From Cycas panzhihuaensis (lineage: Eukaryota; Plantae; Cycadophyta), in contig CM041465.1 of NCBI GenBank assembly GCA_023213395.1, positions 160,091,741-160,155,740 on the forward strand: a DNA stretch of 64,000 nucleotides, written 5' to 3'. The notes below the pieces were generated by a model. The model was given only the letters and a program-made list of their open reading frames with translations, did no database searches and was not told the DNA's origin. The stretch's first letter is position 1; each line of letters opens with the position of its first letter. Both the position numbers and the translations under genes were made by a program. Positions 25,648-40,757 of this stretch are shown here, piece after piece.

Positions 25648-28600
25648 ATGATTGTTATGTCTTTGTCTATAAGAGGTTTAGGTTCATCCTTCATAAAATA
25701 AATCCTAAATAAAAGAATCAGGGAATCAACTTATGATGTCCTTATTTTGCAAGAGACTAAGCTATCCACAGAGGAATTAACAAACTAGAATAATTCTTAG
25801 AATGATTGACACTACTCCACTGCAATGATTGATAATTAGGACATATTGTTATAATTTAGAGTAGTAAATCACTATAATTGATAGGTATAGTAAAAAGTAA
25901 AAATTAAATTAGATGTAAATTTTTAGTATTAGGATATAATAAAGAATTTAATATCATGAATGTATATGAGTTGAACCACCCCCACTTGGTTCAAATATGT
26001 TAGAATGTGATGGTTTAGGACTGGAGTATTAATCACCTATAAAATTAGATTTTAAGAGGAGATTTTAACCTATTGTTACATCCTAAGGAAGAGCATGATT
26101 GATAGTATTCCCTAAATCCTAATATTGGTTTACTTGTTAACATCATGGAAGATAATAATTTAGTGGGAATTAAGATAACCAATAGAATATTCACTTGTTC
26201 TAATAAAAGGTATGGCCAATATTTGATTATCTAAAGGCTTGACACATCCTTAGTGTCAAAATTAATTCCTGATTCTACTGATATGGAAGTAAGCATTTGA
26301 TCAAGGAGTATATCTGATCATGCTCCTCTCCTTCTAAAGTTTCATGCTCTACATAAGTGTAAAAACTCTTTGTTCAAGTTTAATATAATAATTATAAAGA
26401 AAAAGGATTTATTGTACCTTATCTATAAGTGGTGGGAAGAGGCTCAATTTATGGGCTCTAAAATATTTGTATTTCATTCAAAAATAAAGCTTATTGAAAA
26501 TAAGATCAAAGCTTGGTAGTAAACAATAATAAATCAAGCAAAGTAGGAGCATTAAATGGTGAAAGAGAGATTAACATTTTTAAATGACAAGTTATATATA
26601 GGGATGATTCTCTCATTATTAGACATAATGAAGCACTTTTAATCACAATGTTGGAGATCTTGGAAAGGGAGAATGATGTGGTAGTTAGAGTAATGTCTCA
26701 AATATTTTAGGAAAAATTAAGAGATACAAATTCACACTTCTTCCACAAGGCACTAAAATCCTAATAAATCTAAAATTGAATTATAGAATTAAAGACTACT
26801 ATAGGATTAATTACTCACATGGATAAAGAAATCTAAGATCAATCAAGATATCATTCTATAAATTTATTAAAAGAAGAATAAGCTGACTAAGAGATTGATT
26901 AGGATATGATATTGAATGATATTCTTAGGCCATTAAGTTTATTGATGAATGAAAATCTAACCAAATGAGTTTATTTGAAAGAGCTACACCATATAGTATT
27001 TATCCTTCAACTAGAAAAATTCACTAATTTGGATAGTTTTTAGGGAAAAAATTATTAATCTTCTTAGGATATTATCAAGGAGGATCTCCTCTATATGGTT
27101 AAGGAACCTAGAAGATTAGGTAAGATGCCTAAGGCCTTGAATTCCACTCTTATTGCATTAATCCCTAAGGGGACTTATGTGTCTAACTTGGATAGTATTA
27201 GACCTATATCTCTTTATAATTATGCTTACAAGATTATTTATAAAGTCATGGCTATTAGGCTCTAAGAAGTTTTGCCTAAAATCATATCAAGTGGACAAGG
27301 GAGGGTTGTGAAGGGCAAGCAAATTCTTGACTAAATTATTATTACTAAAGGAGCAATTCATTAAAGGAAAGTTTCTAGGATGAAATTAATGATGATTAAG
27401 CTCACTTTTACTAATTCATATGATTAGATGCACTAGGGTTTCTTGTCTTAAATTTTAACTAGGTTAAGATTTAATAAATAATGGATCCCTTGGGTGGAAG
27501 GGTGTGTAAGCACACCTTCATATGTAACTCTAGTGAATGGTTCCCTTATTGAGTTCTTTAAAGCATCTACAAATATTAGGCAAGGATGTATAATTTCACT
27601 TTCTTTATATGTGATAATGGTTAAAGATTTAAGTATATCATTATCTAATTCCCCTAACCAAAAAGAGATAAGTTGGGTAATCATAACCTCTTCTTTGGAA
27701 AATATTGTGTACATATAGTTCATTAATAATGCCCTAATTTTTATCTATCTCAAAATGTTAAGTAATGAGAGTTAAAGTAATCATTATCAAGTTTTTATCT
27801 GCATCTAAAGTCTAAATTAACTCCAGTAAATAAAATTTTATAACACTTAATTACCCTATAACTTTCTCTCAAAATTAAACTAGGTTTTTGGCTTTTAAAT
27901 GTATGATAAAAATAACTTTTTTACATATCTTAACATTCCAATTATTCTTAATAAGTGTGACTCAACCCAATGATAATCATGTTTGAATCATATTAATCAT
28001 ATAATTCAATCATGGACCTTTAAATGGCTATCATTTATAAGGGTTATTTTGATGAATGCAGTCCTTACATCCATCCCAACTTACCTTTCGTTAACGTGCC
28101 TTTCTCTAGCAAGGGTTACAAGCCACTTCAAAAGGATTATTCAAATTGTCTTATGGAGAGGTGCCTAAGATCTTAGGCATAAGAAATTTTATTTGATCAA
28201 ATTAGAGTATATTTATAAGTCTAAAGTAGTCAATGGGCTAGGTATGAGGCCATTATTATGCATTCCTTAATAGTTTAAGGCTAAGATTATTTGGTACATG
28301 ATTACAAATCTAAACTTGGGGTTTAATAGGATTATTAATGGTAAGTATTTAGGATGGTAGCCCAAAGCTATTCTAAACTCATATTATAAAATTTATAAGG
28401 CTAGATCCTCTATCTAGAAATTAATATGTATTAGTATTTATATATTTAATATAAGAATTTCTTAGTATAGTGTGAATGGAGAACATGTAAATATATAGAG
28501 AGATCTAATCTAAGGTATGGAGCTATTAAATAAGTATGATACAGTTTGTAATTTATATATGTGGTTATTGAGGAGAGGAATCAATAAGGTTTGTATCTTC

Positions 28601-28800
28601 TTCAAATAAAATCTCATGGATAAGTTCCCTATAATATTCAAGAAAGTGGAAGATTGGTAATACCTTCTAGCAAATCTTCATAAAGAATACAAGTTCTTTT
28701 AATAATAGCTTGATTATTTTAATGTGACGATTCATATGGGTAGTGATGAGATCATATAAAGTCAATTTTTTGGACCTAGTTCATATTCAATGAAGGCTAA
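25648..28800 (+). pseudogene. Second, much older LINE ORF2 (endonuclease-RT) remnant
   Basis: MIVMSLSIRGLG (SWNIRGLG-like) at 25648, LILQETK, GDFN, SDHAP, DTNSHFFH, RPISL.NYAYKII, RQGC.IS, LTSIPTY, GLGMR. Extremely stop-rich. Confidence 0.85.
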
Positions 28801-28829
28801 TTTTACATAAATATTGGTTAAACCATGAA

Positions 28830-29800
28830 TCTTAATCACTAACACATGTGACTAAGTAACTACACTATTAGTGTTGCCCATTAACTTTTGTACATTGGCC
28901 ATTTAGTCTTGCTAATAAGATTGTAGACTACTTTTGTCATCAATAATATTCTATATAATGCAACCATCATTGCCTATTTAAGGACCCAAAAATGTACATG
29001 GTGGGTTATATTGAAATAATATCAAGAGATCATACTATTATGCATTTTGGTGCCTATTTGGTATTTAAATTTTTGCTCATTTGTGTATTTAGGCTACTTA
29101 TTTTGCTAAAGTAAATGACCTAAATTATTATCTTATGTTGTTTTGATGTTTTAATTTATTATTATGTAAGGAATACTTAGGAAAGATACACTTTAAGTGG
29201 TATCATAGGTAAGTTTAGATCCATCTAAAGAAGCAAATTAGCAAAAGGGGCATACAAATTAGGAATTTTGTTTCTCTTAGTGAAATTTTAGAAACCCTCT
29301 CCTACTTTCATTTTTATTTTCTATGATACTATTATTTTCTATAATCTCATAATTAGTTATAAGTAAGTAGCAAGATCCCTCCCTCCCATATCACCTAATT
29401 GTTAGGTAGTGACCATGTGTTGGGGATCTTTAAACATCATAAAATTTATCATTTTCATCCAAGCATATATGGGTATATGCCTATACATAAAGTGAAATTG
29501 ATAACACTACTTACACATGCATTAGATAGAACCTGGCTATGGAATTAAGCCTCCACATACCTTTGGGTATAGCAAAGTACTCTTATAGGTCTCCCTTACC
29601 ATACTTAGTTTAGAAACATTATCTAACACCAGTCCTATATAATACAATGGTTAATGGTTACTGTTAAGAAGTTACTCCTTACAAACACCCCAACATGGCT
29701 ATTGTGGCTATAGGAATGGATTTCCTTCATAGTTGTGCCCTAAGAGATTGGATCAAGTAGTAGTAATGGCTAGGAAATTTATTAAGAGGCCTGCAAAACT
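28830..29800 (+). mobile_element. Remnant LTR, PBS and leader of an unclassified LTR family; related copy at about 56950-57809
   Basis: AAGTGGTATC PBS-like site near 29196. The downstream leader shares TCTTTAAACATCAT and TATGGAATTAAGCCT with 57630-57765. Confidence 0.55.
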
Positions 29801-30098
29801 AGGTGTTCCCTATTTCTTAAGTCCTAGGTACTTCCAAATATAATATAAAATTATTGAGACTATTATACATCCAAATATAAATTATTGATACTTCTATACT
29901 TGCTATTAATAATCCTAAGATACAATAATAACACCATCCTATCATATAACAATAACCTGGTCCTATAATATAATAATAATAAAAACCTATGATATAAGCA
30001 CTAAAGTCTAGATACTTCCTATCCAAATCTTTAATATAGTTTTCTAAGTCTAGTACCTAGTTAAGTTTAACATTTTATCCAACATCCACCTCACCTCT

Positions 30099-30141
30099 AA
30101 AAAAAAAAAAAGAAAAGAAGAAGAAGAAGAAGAAAAAGAAG
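30099..30141. repeat. Poly(A) and (GAA)n simple repeat
   Basis: Direct inspection. Confidence 0.85.
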
Positions 30142-31588
30142 TCCATAAGGTCACTTTAGAAAATACTTATATGATTGAAACAAACCTACACTAACAAACT
30201 TAGGACAAAAAAAATGTATCAACCCAAAAATTTTATCCTAGCCACATATACATATTATTTTAATTAATATATCACACTAATTATTTTGGGCTAGCTCAAT
30301 CTCAACCTATTTTTTAAGCAAACAATTATAGGTAGATCCTACCAATTAAAAGATCACATATAATCTCACTTGCATCACCCTGATAATCTCATTATACTCA
30401 TCATGGTGTACTAACTGGGATTATTACTAAAATTTCATTTCATCTTAGCATATTTATATCCAAGAGGTAAATAGGTTATAGACACCTCCATCCCCCACCC
30501 TTCTACTCTATTCCCAAATCTTGATTCTCATTCTTACTCTCTCATTACCTTTCTTAATAACCCTTTATTCTCTTCTTAATCTATCTTCTTTATATTTCCT
30601 TCTTTACAGAAGTAGTAGCTACAAGTGAAACGAACCCCACACAAGTTTATAGGACCCAGTCACTTGAAGCATAAGTTGTCAATATCAATACCAATGTAAC
30701 ATAAAATAAACATGAGTTATCTAAAGATATTATCAACCTCAATAATAGTCTCATAACAATGGCCAATAATTTCATAATATAGATGGTAAATGTCAATGCA
30801 GAGCTCACCAAACTTTTAGTAGTTATAGCCAACATACCCTCTTCCTCGAATATGATAAGCATATCACCTCCATTAGTACCCCTAGTAAGTGAACCATCTC
30901 TATTAGTACCACTATTACTTATAACAAGGCAAAACCTATATCATTATAAGCTTTAGCATACCCCTACTTTAACCTTATCTCAATAGGGAATCAACTAGAA
31001 CCTAGATTAATAAGTCTTAGCAATATTTTGCTCTCAACCATGTGGGCCCTAACAAGTAGTTAAACTTTACTTCTAATCACTTAGAAGGAAAGGATCACCA
31101 TTGGTTCCATTAGTGGTATAAAGAGAATCTTATTCATATATAGGCCATATTCTATAAGAACTTCTTCAAATAATATAAGAATACATAGAATCAATCCTTC
31201 TTTGGCCAACTCACTTGGCTAAAGTAAATAACTATGATTGAAATATACATAGAATAATTCTAGGCACTTCAAAATAAAGTCTCTTAGTAGCTCAACTGCT
31301 AAATGCTCATTAAGTATACCTATCTAATTAAAGATAAACATATACATGTGCCTAAAGACACTTACCCTTCTATGTAGGACACCCTCTCCATTACTAAGAA
31401 AATAGAAGCAAAGTTTGTAGTAGAGTGATAATCTAACTTTTAACAAGATTTCAATTGGTATTAATACCCCTACTCTATAGATTAATAATACCTATAACTT
31501 AAGGAGATCAACTAATAGTAACCTTCAATAGTAACACCTCTTCCTAACTAAGTTTATGTACCTTTAGAGGAGCCAACTAAAGGATAAG

Positions 31589-33840
31589 TGTAATGAACCT
31601 ATACCATATATAATAGGTTAGAAGGTTAAGGGTTAAGAAAGATAAGTTAGGAGTAGTTAATAATAGTGAAAAGATGGTATTAGATAACTTAGCGATTAAA
31701 TAGTATAATAATAGGATGATCTTGTTATAAATTTGATACCCCCATCTTATATAAGGACATTGATATGTTTAAAATATAATCTCATTGGGTTCCCTTTGGT
31801 CCCCTTTTGGTTCTCATTTGGTGCTTTCCATCTCCACCCTCCACTCTACTTGCCTCCATCTCTTTGAATTCTTCCCCTCAGCTCTTATATTGTTATGGTT
31901 ACAAGGGTTAGCCTATAATAAGTGGTATCAAAGCTAAAGTGAGGTCAATTTTTTTCATATCTTTATCCACCTATTTAAAGATACAATCTTGTGAGAAGGC
32001 TATGAAAATCCTAAATTGGTTTCTTTTATCATCCATTATGTGGCTGGGGTTTGTTAGTTTACATATATAAAATAATTTTATCTCATCTCTGTTTCAAATT
32101 CTAGTTTAGGCTTATTCCTCATTTCAGTTGGTGACCCTATTCAAGCTATGAATATATCCATTAATAGTTTAGCCTATGAGCTATAGTGGTTTGTATGATT
32201 TAGGACTTGAGCTGTAAGGTTGTTCCCATGGTTACCATCAAACTCATTTATGTGCCATTGTTATTTGTGAGTTGTATGCCCTTATGGTGTCCTTGTATGA
32301 GATAGACCTTTTCCATTACATGATAATGGCCTTGCATCTCTCTCCATAAAGCCACTATAAAGCACACTCCATAGTCCATATGGCTATCTCTAGTGAGTTT
32401 TTTTCATACCCTGCATCGCGTTCCTCCTGTTAACTACCCCATGAAGACTATGTACAACCTACTTTTTATGAAGCAACTAATAATATGCCTCTTTATATTA
32501 GCATTTTAGAGTGGGAAATAGTGATTGTCTCTAGATCATATTTATGCAGGTGATTAAAAATTATGGAAAGGAAATACAATGGCAAAGGGTGCATTAGTTA
32601 TTGTAGTTATAGCGGTTGCCATTTTGATGGTTTATAGAAAAGGTTAATGTTACAGTTCCCTACAACCAAGCCATGAATGCTTATGGTATGTGACCAACTC
32701 TCTAGATGATTGAACACTCTAGCCCAAATGACACTTTCTCTGCATGTCCCTACAAACTACCACATAAAGTCTTCTCCAAGTGCAAACTACCAACTAGGTT
32801 TAAAGTCCACAAAGTCACCCAAACTGATAAAATCAATATTAAGAAGCATGAAGAAATTTAATCAATAGACGATCTTTGTGGTGTACATAGCACTCAAAGT
32901 CTATGTTTACTATTATAATCACCACCAAACCATTCCCTCTAAGGATGCAGAGTATAGTAGGTGCTCCTATTAAAGTTAATGCTTGAGTTTTCTTTTTGTA
33001 ATCCATTGGTTATCCATGAGTTACACCTAAGTCACTTACATCTTTGATTTCTCATCTACCCATCTACTACATGAAGACAAAGATAAAGTATTGTTTGAAG
33101 AATAGAGAAGGTTGCGAAATCAAATAAAATATTTTTTATCAATAAAATCATCCCTGCATTGTATCATTCTCTATTTATAAGTAGCCAACCGAGTGATCTG
33201 ACAGAACATTGCATTGATCATCTACTAGAACATCCCACATGCCTGAGTCCCTCTCACCAAAGGAATATTTATGGCACATGAAGCATATTAATTAAAATTT
33301 TATTTGATTTGATTAAAAGTTTGAATAATTTTGTAGAAAATTTGTCATTGCAAGTTGAACACTAAAGATTGATTAGATTGCATAATTTTAACCTTATGTT
33401 AATTTTTTTTATAAAGGTTTTAAAATATTAAGATGGATTAGAATTTGGTGTAAAGTTCATGGAATACCCTTTATTCTATCCCCAGTCATATGTAGTCAAT
33501 AGAAAACCATAACTATATAGCAAAAAGGGGGCTTAATAACAATAAAAATGGTTTTGTCAAAAATTTTATACCTATTTGCATAGATTTAGTCATATCTTCT
33601 TCATACAGACTTAGGATTTAGTTATGTCAAATCCATTGGGTTCTTTGTTCTAAGGGCACCAATTTGAACTATCATATGACATATTTTAGACCTTTCTATT
33701 AGTAGATATTAAAGTTTAAAGTTGAACATTATCATTGCATGTCATTCTCAAATGTAATTATTTTAAATTTTCAACCATTCAAATTTTTTCTTATATGTCA
33801 TTGCTCTTGAGGCTATAAATTTTTTTTTTGGGCTCAAAAA

Positions 33841-33934
<94 letters not shown>

Positions 33935-35476
33935 TGGACTTAAGGGCTTATAGGAATTTACTTTCATCTTATGAAAAAAAGGTCTTCTTGATTGGTACTA
34001 TGACTATGAACACTTCCTTTTTTACTACAATGATGAACTTGACCTCACTTGCTTTGGGATGGATGATCACATTGATCCTTATGATTAGGTTATCACTTTA
34101 GAATAATTCTTTGAAGATTATTCTATAGTTTACTATCTCAAGCAGGAATATGCCAAGATCATGTTTACTATGTCATTCTTACAAGTAAATATTCATTGAA
34201 CAACTTGGGAATGGTATCTCTCACACCCAGATCTAGATTGGAAATCCTTTAGAATAGAACTTTAAAGGGAAATAAGAGCTTACCTAATTATTGAAGCTTC
34301 TACAAAAGAAGGTATATAAGACCAAGAATCTATCCAATTGGGAGAAAATGATGTGTTTCAAGATGAAATAATTTTATAGGACCATGATCACTCAAATGAC
34401 AAAAAAAGTAGGGAAACAAGGATTGAGCTACTTTATTTTAGTCTTGATGGTTCTATCATTTTTTATAATGAGCTTACATACATGCTTGCATACTTTAAAG
34501 ATCTCAACTTGATAGAATATTACAAGCTTTATTTAGGTATTCAACAATTAGAAGGTCCCCTTTAATTGTGGGCATGAGAGTGGTGCCAAAATACATATAA
34601 GCTAAATTGGAACCTCTTCTTTTTTATACTTTATTAATATATTGAAGCACTCATTCCTAACCAAAGCACTATTATAGAAGGAGAGGCCAAATAAGAAGAA
34701 GAAGGAAAAGAGGAAGTAAAAGAAGATGATAATGTAGGGGAAACCATGACTTTTCACTATGTTACATTTGAGGTAAATTTTTCTTTAGATCAATAGGTTG
34801 AAATCTCTCTATTTGAAGGTGTAAACATCAAATTAGCTCCATTAAAATTTGGGTTGTAAGAGCATTTAGGTTATCGTTTTTGTGGATTCATATACTACTA
34901 TACCACAGGCCCACATTTCTTTGGTTCTAATAATTAGACGAAGGAGTCTCTCTTTTTTGGACCACATCACCATCTATATAGACTTGTGCATCTTTTCTCA
35001 ATAACAAGATCTACAACAATAATATCTACTCATTGTCACCTTGCTAAAAACACTACTTATGACATACTAATAGTAACAGGTGGTGGGCATATATATTTTG
35101 TATTAGGATGCTTTGAGTATAAATCATTTGAGAGGAGAGGGAATGTAATGAACTTATACCACATATAATAGGTTAGAAGGCTAAGGGTTAAGAAGGATAA
35201 GTTAGAAGTAGTTAATAATAGTGAAAAAGTAGGATTGGATAGCTTAGCAATAGAATAATATAATAATGAGGTGATCCTCTTATAAATATGACACCCCCAT
35301 CTTATGTAAGGACACTAATATATTTATAAATATAATCTCATTGTATTCCTTTTGATCCCATTTTGGGTTTCATTGGGTGCCCTCCATCTTCACCCTTCAC
35401 TCCATTTGCCTCTATCTCTTGGTATTCTTCCCCTTTAATCTCATATTGTTATGATTATAGGGGTTGGATTATAACA
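31589..35476 (+). mobile_element. Non-autonomous Gypsy-derived LTR element with gag-like remnants
   Basis: LTRs 31589-31920 and 35144-35476. PBS TGGTATCAAAGC at 31923-31934. PPT GAGAGGAGAGGGAA at 35130-35143. Two gag-like patches near 34040-34260 and 34420-34640. No pol. No TSD visible. Confidence 0.88.
33836..33931. repeat. Compound A(n)-(TA)n-(GA)n microsatellite
   Basis: Direct inspection. Confidence 0.95.
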
Positions 35477-35608
35477 AAATACTCTGAGAAATGGACCCTA
35501 GGTCATAATAGGATGTGTAAACCTAAAAGAATGATCTATACCATTAATGTAAATTTAGAAGATGACTTAGATAATGATTATGAAAGGGACTAGCTAAGAA
35601 GTTGATGA

Positions 35609-38600
35609 TGTAGGAACTTGTTGTTGAATGAATAAGATAAAACTCACTTGTATTATTATGGGAGTGAATACCTCCTTAAATATACATGAAAGAATGTAAC
35701 CAAAACATGTACAATTAATGCATATCAAATAAGTCTCCAAATAATATAAAGAGGGGTTATAACATTCCCCTATTATAAAACATTACATTCTAATACCCTC
35801 TCTTAATATTTTATCCTTTTAAAACTATTTTATCTTTGAGACATAGGAATCAATCTCTTCCAAGTGGTTTAGTTAGGATATCAGTAATTTAGTCTTCTAT
35901 AAGATAATATGCTAAATCAATTTCTTTGTTGTGCACCTTTTCACAGATGAAATAATGGTGCACTTCTATATGCTTTGTTCATACATGTAGGATTAGATTC
36001 TTGGTCAACTTTATTGCACTCTGATTATTACAAAGCAATGTTATTGGTATCTATTGATGTTAATCTAAATCTATTAGTAATTATCTTATGCAAATAGTTT
36101 TGCATGCTATATTAATAATTGATTTATATTTTTCTTCAGTTAAGGAGAGTGCCATTGTTGGCTTTCTTTTATGACACTAGGACAATGCTGATGTACCCAA
36201 GAAAAATAGTACCCACTTATAGAACTCCCATTTTCTTTGTCTCCTACCCAGTTAGAGTCATAAAATCCTGTTAATTAAGATAATTTTTCTTTTGGACATA
36301 CTAACCTCAAGTTGATGATATCTAAGTATCTTCTTGGATATTTTCTAGTGCCTTATCCTAGGCTCTTACATATATCTAGAAACCAAATCCACTGAATATG
36401 AGATGTCTGGTCTAATAGTAGTGATATATATTAGAGTTCCAATCAGTTATCTATATAGAGTGGCATCAATTTTGGGTTCTAATTCATCAAGGACTAAACT
36501 ACAGTTTACTTTCCTAAGAGTTACACATTGATTGCAATTGTCCATTTGAAACTTAGCTAGCGAATCCTTGATATATTTACTCTATGATAGAGTGATTGAT
36601 TATTTACTTTGATTTACTTCTATCCCTAGGTAGCAGTTTAGTATGCCCAAATCTATCATCTTAAATTCCTTTTCTAGTTATTTTTTTATATTTTTGATTG
36701 ATTCTTTATCACCTCTTGTGATAATCATATTATCAACATACATACTATTATTGTGATTTTCCCATTTCTCTTTCTCGCATAAAGGCTACAATTTAAACTA
36801 CATCGATGAAAACCATTTTATGACAAATGCTTGTCAAGTCTTATATACTAAGCTTTAGGAGCTTATTTTAACCTATATAGATCCTTCTTTAATTTGTATA
36901 CTAAATATTCTTGTCCTTATTTCACATAGCCTTTTGGCTGCTTCATGTAGACCTCTTTTAGGTCTCCATTCAAAAAGGCACTTTTAACATCTAACTAGTA
37001 AATTTCCCAGTTATTTTGTACTGCCAGAGTAATTACCATTCTAACTATGATTAATTTAGCTACTAGAGAGAATGTCTCATTAAAGTCTATCCCAACAGTC
37101 TGAGTATATCCTTTTACCATAATTTTGGCTTTGAATTTTTCTATTTTTCTATCAACTCCTTACTTTGCCTTATAAATCCATTTGTAGTTAACCACATGTT
37201 TGTTAAGAGGTAATTCAACTAGATCTCAAGTTTGATTTTTAGTAATGGAGTCCATTTTTGCATCTATAGTTGTTCTCCATACTATATGTTCCTTTTCCAC
37301 TTTAAATGGTTAGGGTTCAAGGTAGCTGATTAATGCTCAATGTTGCTAACTTCTAGTCCTATATGTAAAGACATATCCCTTTCCTTCCTTGATGGTTTTA
37401 ATGTACCATCTTGGTACCCTGTTTTCCTTTTTAATATATTCCTCTAAAGTTGATCCTTCTAGTGACTACTCCTCTACTTCCTAAATCATTAGAATAGATT
37501 TAGATTCTTCTGAATCATCTTCTAATGTTATCCATAATATCTCCTCCATGGAAGACTATTTTTAAAGTACAATCCTTTCAGCTTCTTCAATTATTTAGAC
37601 TAATGGATTTTCCTTAGTGATATCTTCTTTGTTAAATACAACATCCTTGCTCATATAGATCTTATTAGTTTTAGATTCTATGCATTTTATATTTTTGAGT
37701 TCTTGTTGTATACAATCCTAATGCAATCTATGCATTTAGAATCAAGCCTAAATCTTTTTTTATCAAGGATATGAACAAATACTTGACACTTGAAAACTTT
37801 TAGATTGCTTACATCTACTTTCTTTCCTGTCCATGCTTCTTGTAGTGTGAATTCTTTGAGTTCTCTAGTTAGACTTCAATTAATTAGATAGCAAGTTGTA
37901 CTTACTACTTCTTCTTAGCAGGATTTTAAAACCTGATTGTAATGAACCATACTACGTGTCATTTCCATAATGGTCTTATTTTTTCATTTTGTAACACCAT
38001 TAGATTATGGTGTGTAAAATATTATAAACTATATTTGTATGCCATTGATTTTACAATAGTCTAAAAATTCCTTTAAAATGTATTCACCCCCACTGTTAGA
38101 TCTGATGCATTTTATGTTATATCCTAATTCAAGTTCCACTTTAGCTTTAAATTCTTTAAATGAATCAAATACTTCTAATTTATAATGGAGAAAATAAATC
38201 CATACCTTCATTAAAAAATCATTAATGGAGATTAAGAAGTATATGGAACCATTAATAGAATAGGGTGTTAGAGGTCCATATAAATCTATGTGTATTAATT
38301 CTAATTTCTCTTGAGCCTGTTGTTTACTTATTTTGAAAGGGAGATAATGTTGGTTCCCAAACTGATAGCCTTTGCAAACAAAGTAAATTGATGAAATAAG
38401 GGAGGTCCATTTATCATACCATCTAAAGGAAGATGTTTATACTTTAAATTCCATAATTTATTATTAACATCTAAGTTTACAATAGAGAATACCTTTACAT
38501 CATCATTAGGAATAATGAGATTTGAGAGTAGTTTGTAGAGGTCATTATGTTTCACCCCTTTGGTGATCATAACACCATTATTCTTCATATCCAGCACATA

Positions 38601-40757
38601 GCATTTACCTTCCTTATCAAATATGGTCCTCATTTTTTTATTGTTGAGTTAATATATAAAGAGAAGATTCATCTTTAATCTAGGTATAAGAAGGACATTG
38701 CCAATCTTTTTTATGATTCCTTATAGATCAATATCTATGGCACCCACTGTTTTAATATTCAAGAGATGCTTGTCTTCTAATTCGACTAATTTGTTAGTGG
38801 AGTAGAGCTTAAGTGAAATGAACCAATCCTCTCTTCTTGTCATGTGTCACGATACTCCAGAGTTAATATACCAAACATCTTTATCCTAAATATCTACGGA
38901 TAGGATGATAATGAATGTTGTTTCTTGATCTTCTTCATCTAGTTGCTTCTTGCTATAGTTTCTTACTGGCCTCTTCCCTCTCTAAATGTCTTCTCTCCTT
39001 TGTGGGCATTGATAAGGGTAGTGACCTTGCTATCCATAGTGATAACATATATCAAAGGCTCTATATGAACTTAATAAATAAACTAGCTTACCACATTTGT
39101 AGCACACCCTTACATCTCTAGGTGGATTCACGCACCCACAATCCCTATTCTCTGACCATCTTCCTCATGATGGACTCCTAATTTCTAGAGTTCATCCCCT
39201 TCCTCTATATTGACCTCATCCTCTAGTTCTTATATTTAATCTAGTCATAAAAGCATCTTCTAGTTCAATTGTATCTTTATATCTTTTACTCTATTGCTCA
39301 TGTCTTAACAGTAACCCAATTAGCTCATCAAGTGTCATTTCTTTAATATGATCATTATTTATTATTATATCAATACTCACATTGAATGACTTTGGCAAAT
39401 TTTCTACTATCATCTCCACTGTCTCTTGTTTTGTAATAGTTTCCCCTATACTTAATACGTCATTGTTGACTATAGTAACCTTATGAATAAATTTAGATAC
39501 TGTTTGAGTTTCTTTCATATGTAATTTGAAAAACTCTTATTTAAGAGTTATAATTCTGGCTCTATTCTTCTAGAAAAATAAGTTCTCAAATATTTTCTAC
39601 ATTTCAAGCTAGGAATTTAGTTTATTAATATAAGCTAAAAGATGATAAAAAATAGACATTTTTAGTGTTATCACCATAAGATTATTCCTTTCCTCCTAAC
39701 CGTTCAAAGTATTGTAAGCAGTTATAGGCTTTTGGTTAATTATATTTGTTAAATTCTAGGCATTTTTGGCTTGTAGAAGAGTTCCTATGATCTTGCAAAT
39801 ATGTTAATTTGAGTCAGTGAATTTATCTTGATCTCCTAAGGCCAAAATAGATGAATCCATTTTCCTTCAATAGAGACTAAGATGGCAGTGAGAGTCCATA
39901 CAAATGTATAGATTTTCATATGGATATAAAGTTCTATAGATAGGAGCAAAGAGTACGTCAAATTGAAGTACTAATCAAGATAAACTTGAATGTAAAATCC
40001 TTTTTCAGAGATCACTTTTAATTTAGGAGAAAACTAGTTTGAAAACCCTATAGGGATGACTAGGGTTTTTCTCAAAAAAACTTCAAACTAAAAAATATTC
40101 TATAAAAAATCTTAAGATTGGATTCAATCAAGTCAAAATTTACTTTAAGAGAGTTTATGAATAATTTCTTAGAGAAATTTGAGAAAAATCAGAGGAAATT
40201 TTGACTTATCTCTATAAAACCTGTGCATCTAGTAAATTAGATAAAACGACCTAAAAATGACCTCTGATTGATTCATGGAAAAAGAGAAAGTTGTTGCAAA
40301 TGATGATGTCAATCTATTGGCCAAATTTTATTGAAAATTGAGCACTTTAATTTTTATGCATTAGTATGGTTGTATAGTTTTGTACTATCTGTATGATTTC
40401 TTATGTTTGTCTTCTACACTTACACTTTACTTGATCAATTTGATAACTTGCTTCAATCAATAGTTTTCTTATGAATATAACCAATTAGTATTTTAGTTTC
40501 TAGTAAAAAATCACCTTCCTTCATAAAAAAGATCTCTCTCAAATAGGTAAGAGAACCTGCTTTGATACCATCTAGGAACTTGATGTTGAATGAATGAGAT
40601 AAAACTCACTTGTATTATTATGGGAATGAATACCTCCTTAAATATACAAGAAATAATATAACTAAAATATGCATAATTAACACGTGTTAAAAAAATATAC
40701 AAATAATATAAAGAGTGGTTATAACATTTACCTAAGATAAAACATTACATTCTAATA
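35609..40757 (-). mobile_element. Full-length decayed Copia element with short (187-bp) LTRs (Ale/Ivana-like size)
   Basis: LTRs 35609-35795 and 40571-40757. Perfect TSD GATGA (35604-35608, 40758-40762). PBS GCTTTGATACCA at 40559-40570. Pyrimidine tract after 35795. Confidence 0.95.
35830..39860 (-). pseudogene. Copia gag-pol pseudogene
   Basis: Gag MKETQTVSKFI...LPKSF...TLDELIGLL.RHE; protease WYINSG; integrase IKCIRSNSGGEY; RT TIRPDISYSV; RNase H HVEVHHYFI..TDILTKPL. Confidence 0.92.

Noticed and set aside
31584-35481. Target-site duplication for the 31589-35476 element
   Set aside because: Flanks ATAAG and AAATA do not match, and a few host gag codons appear to be missing, so no TSD is claimed.
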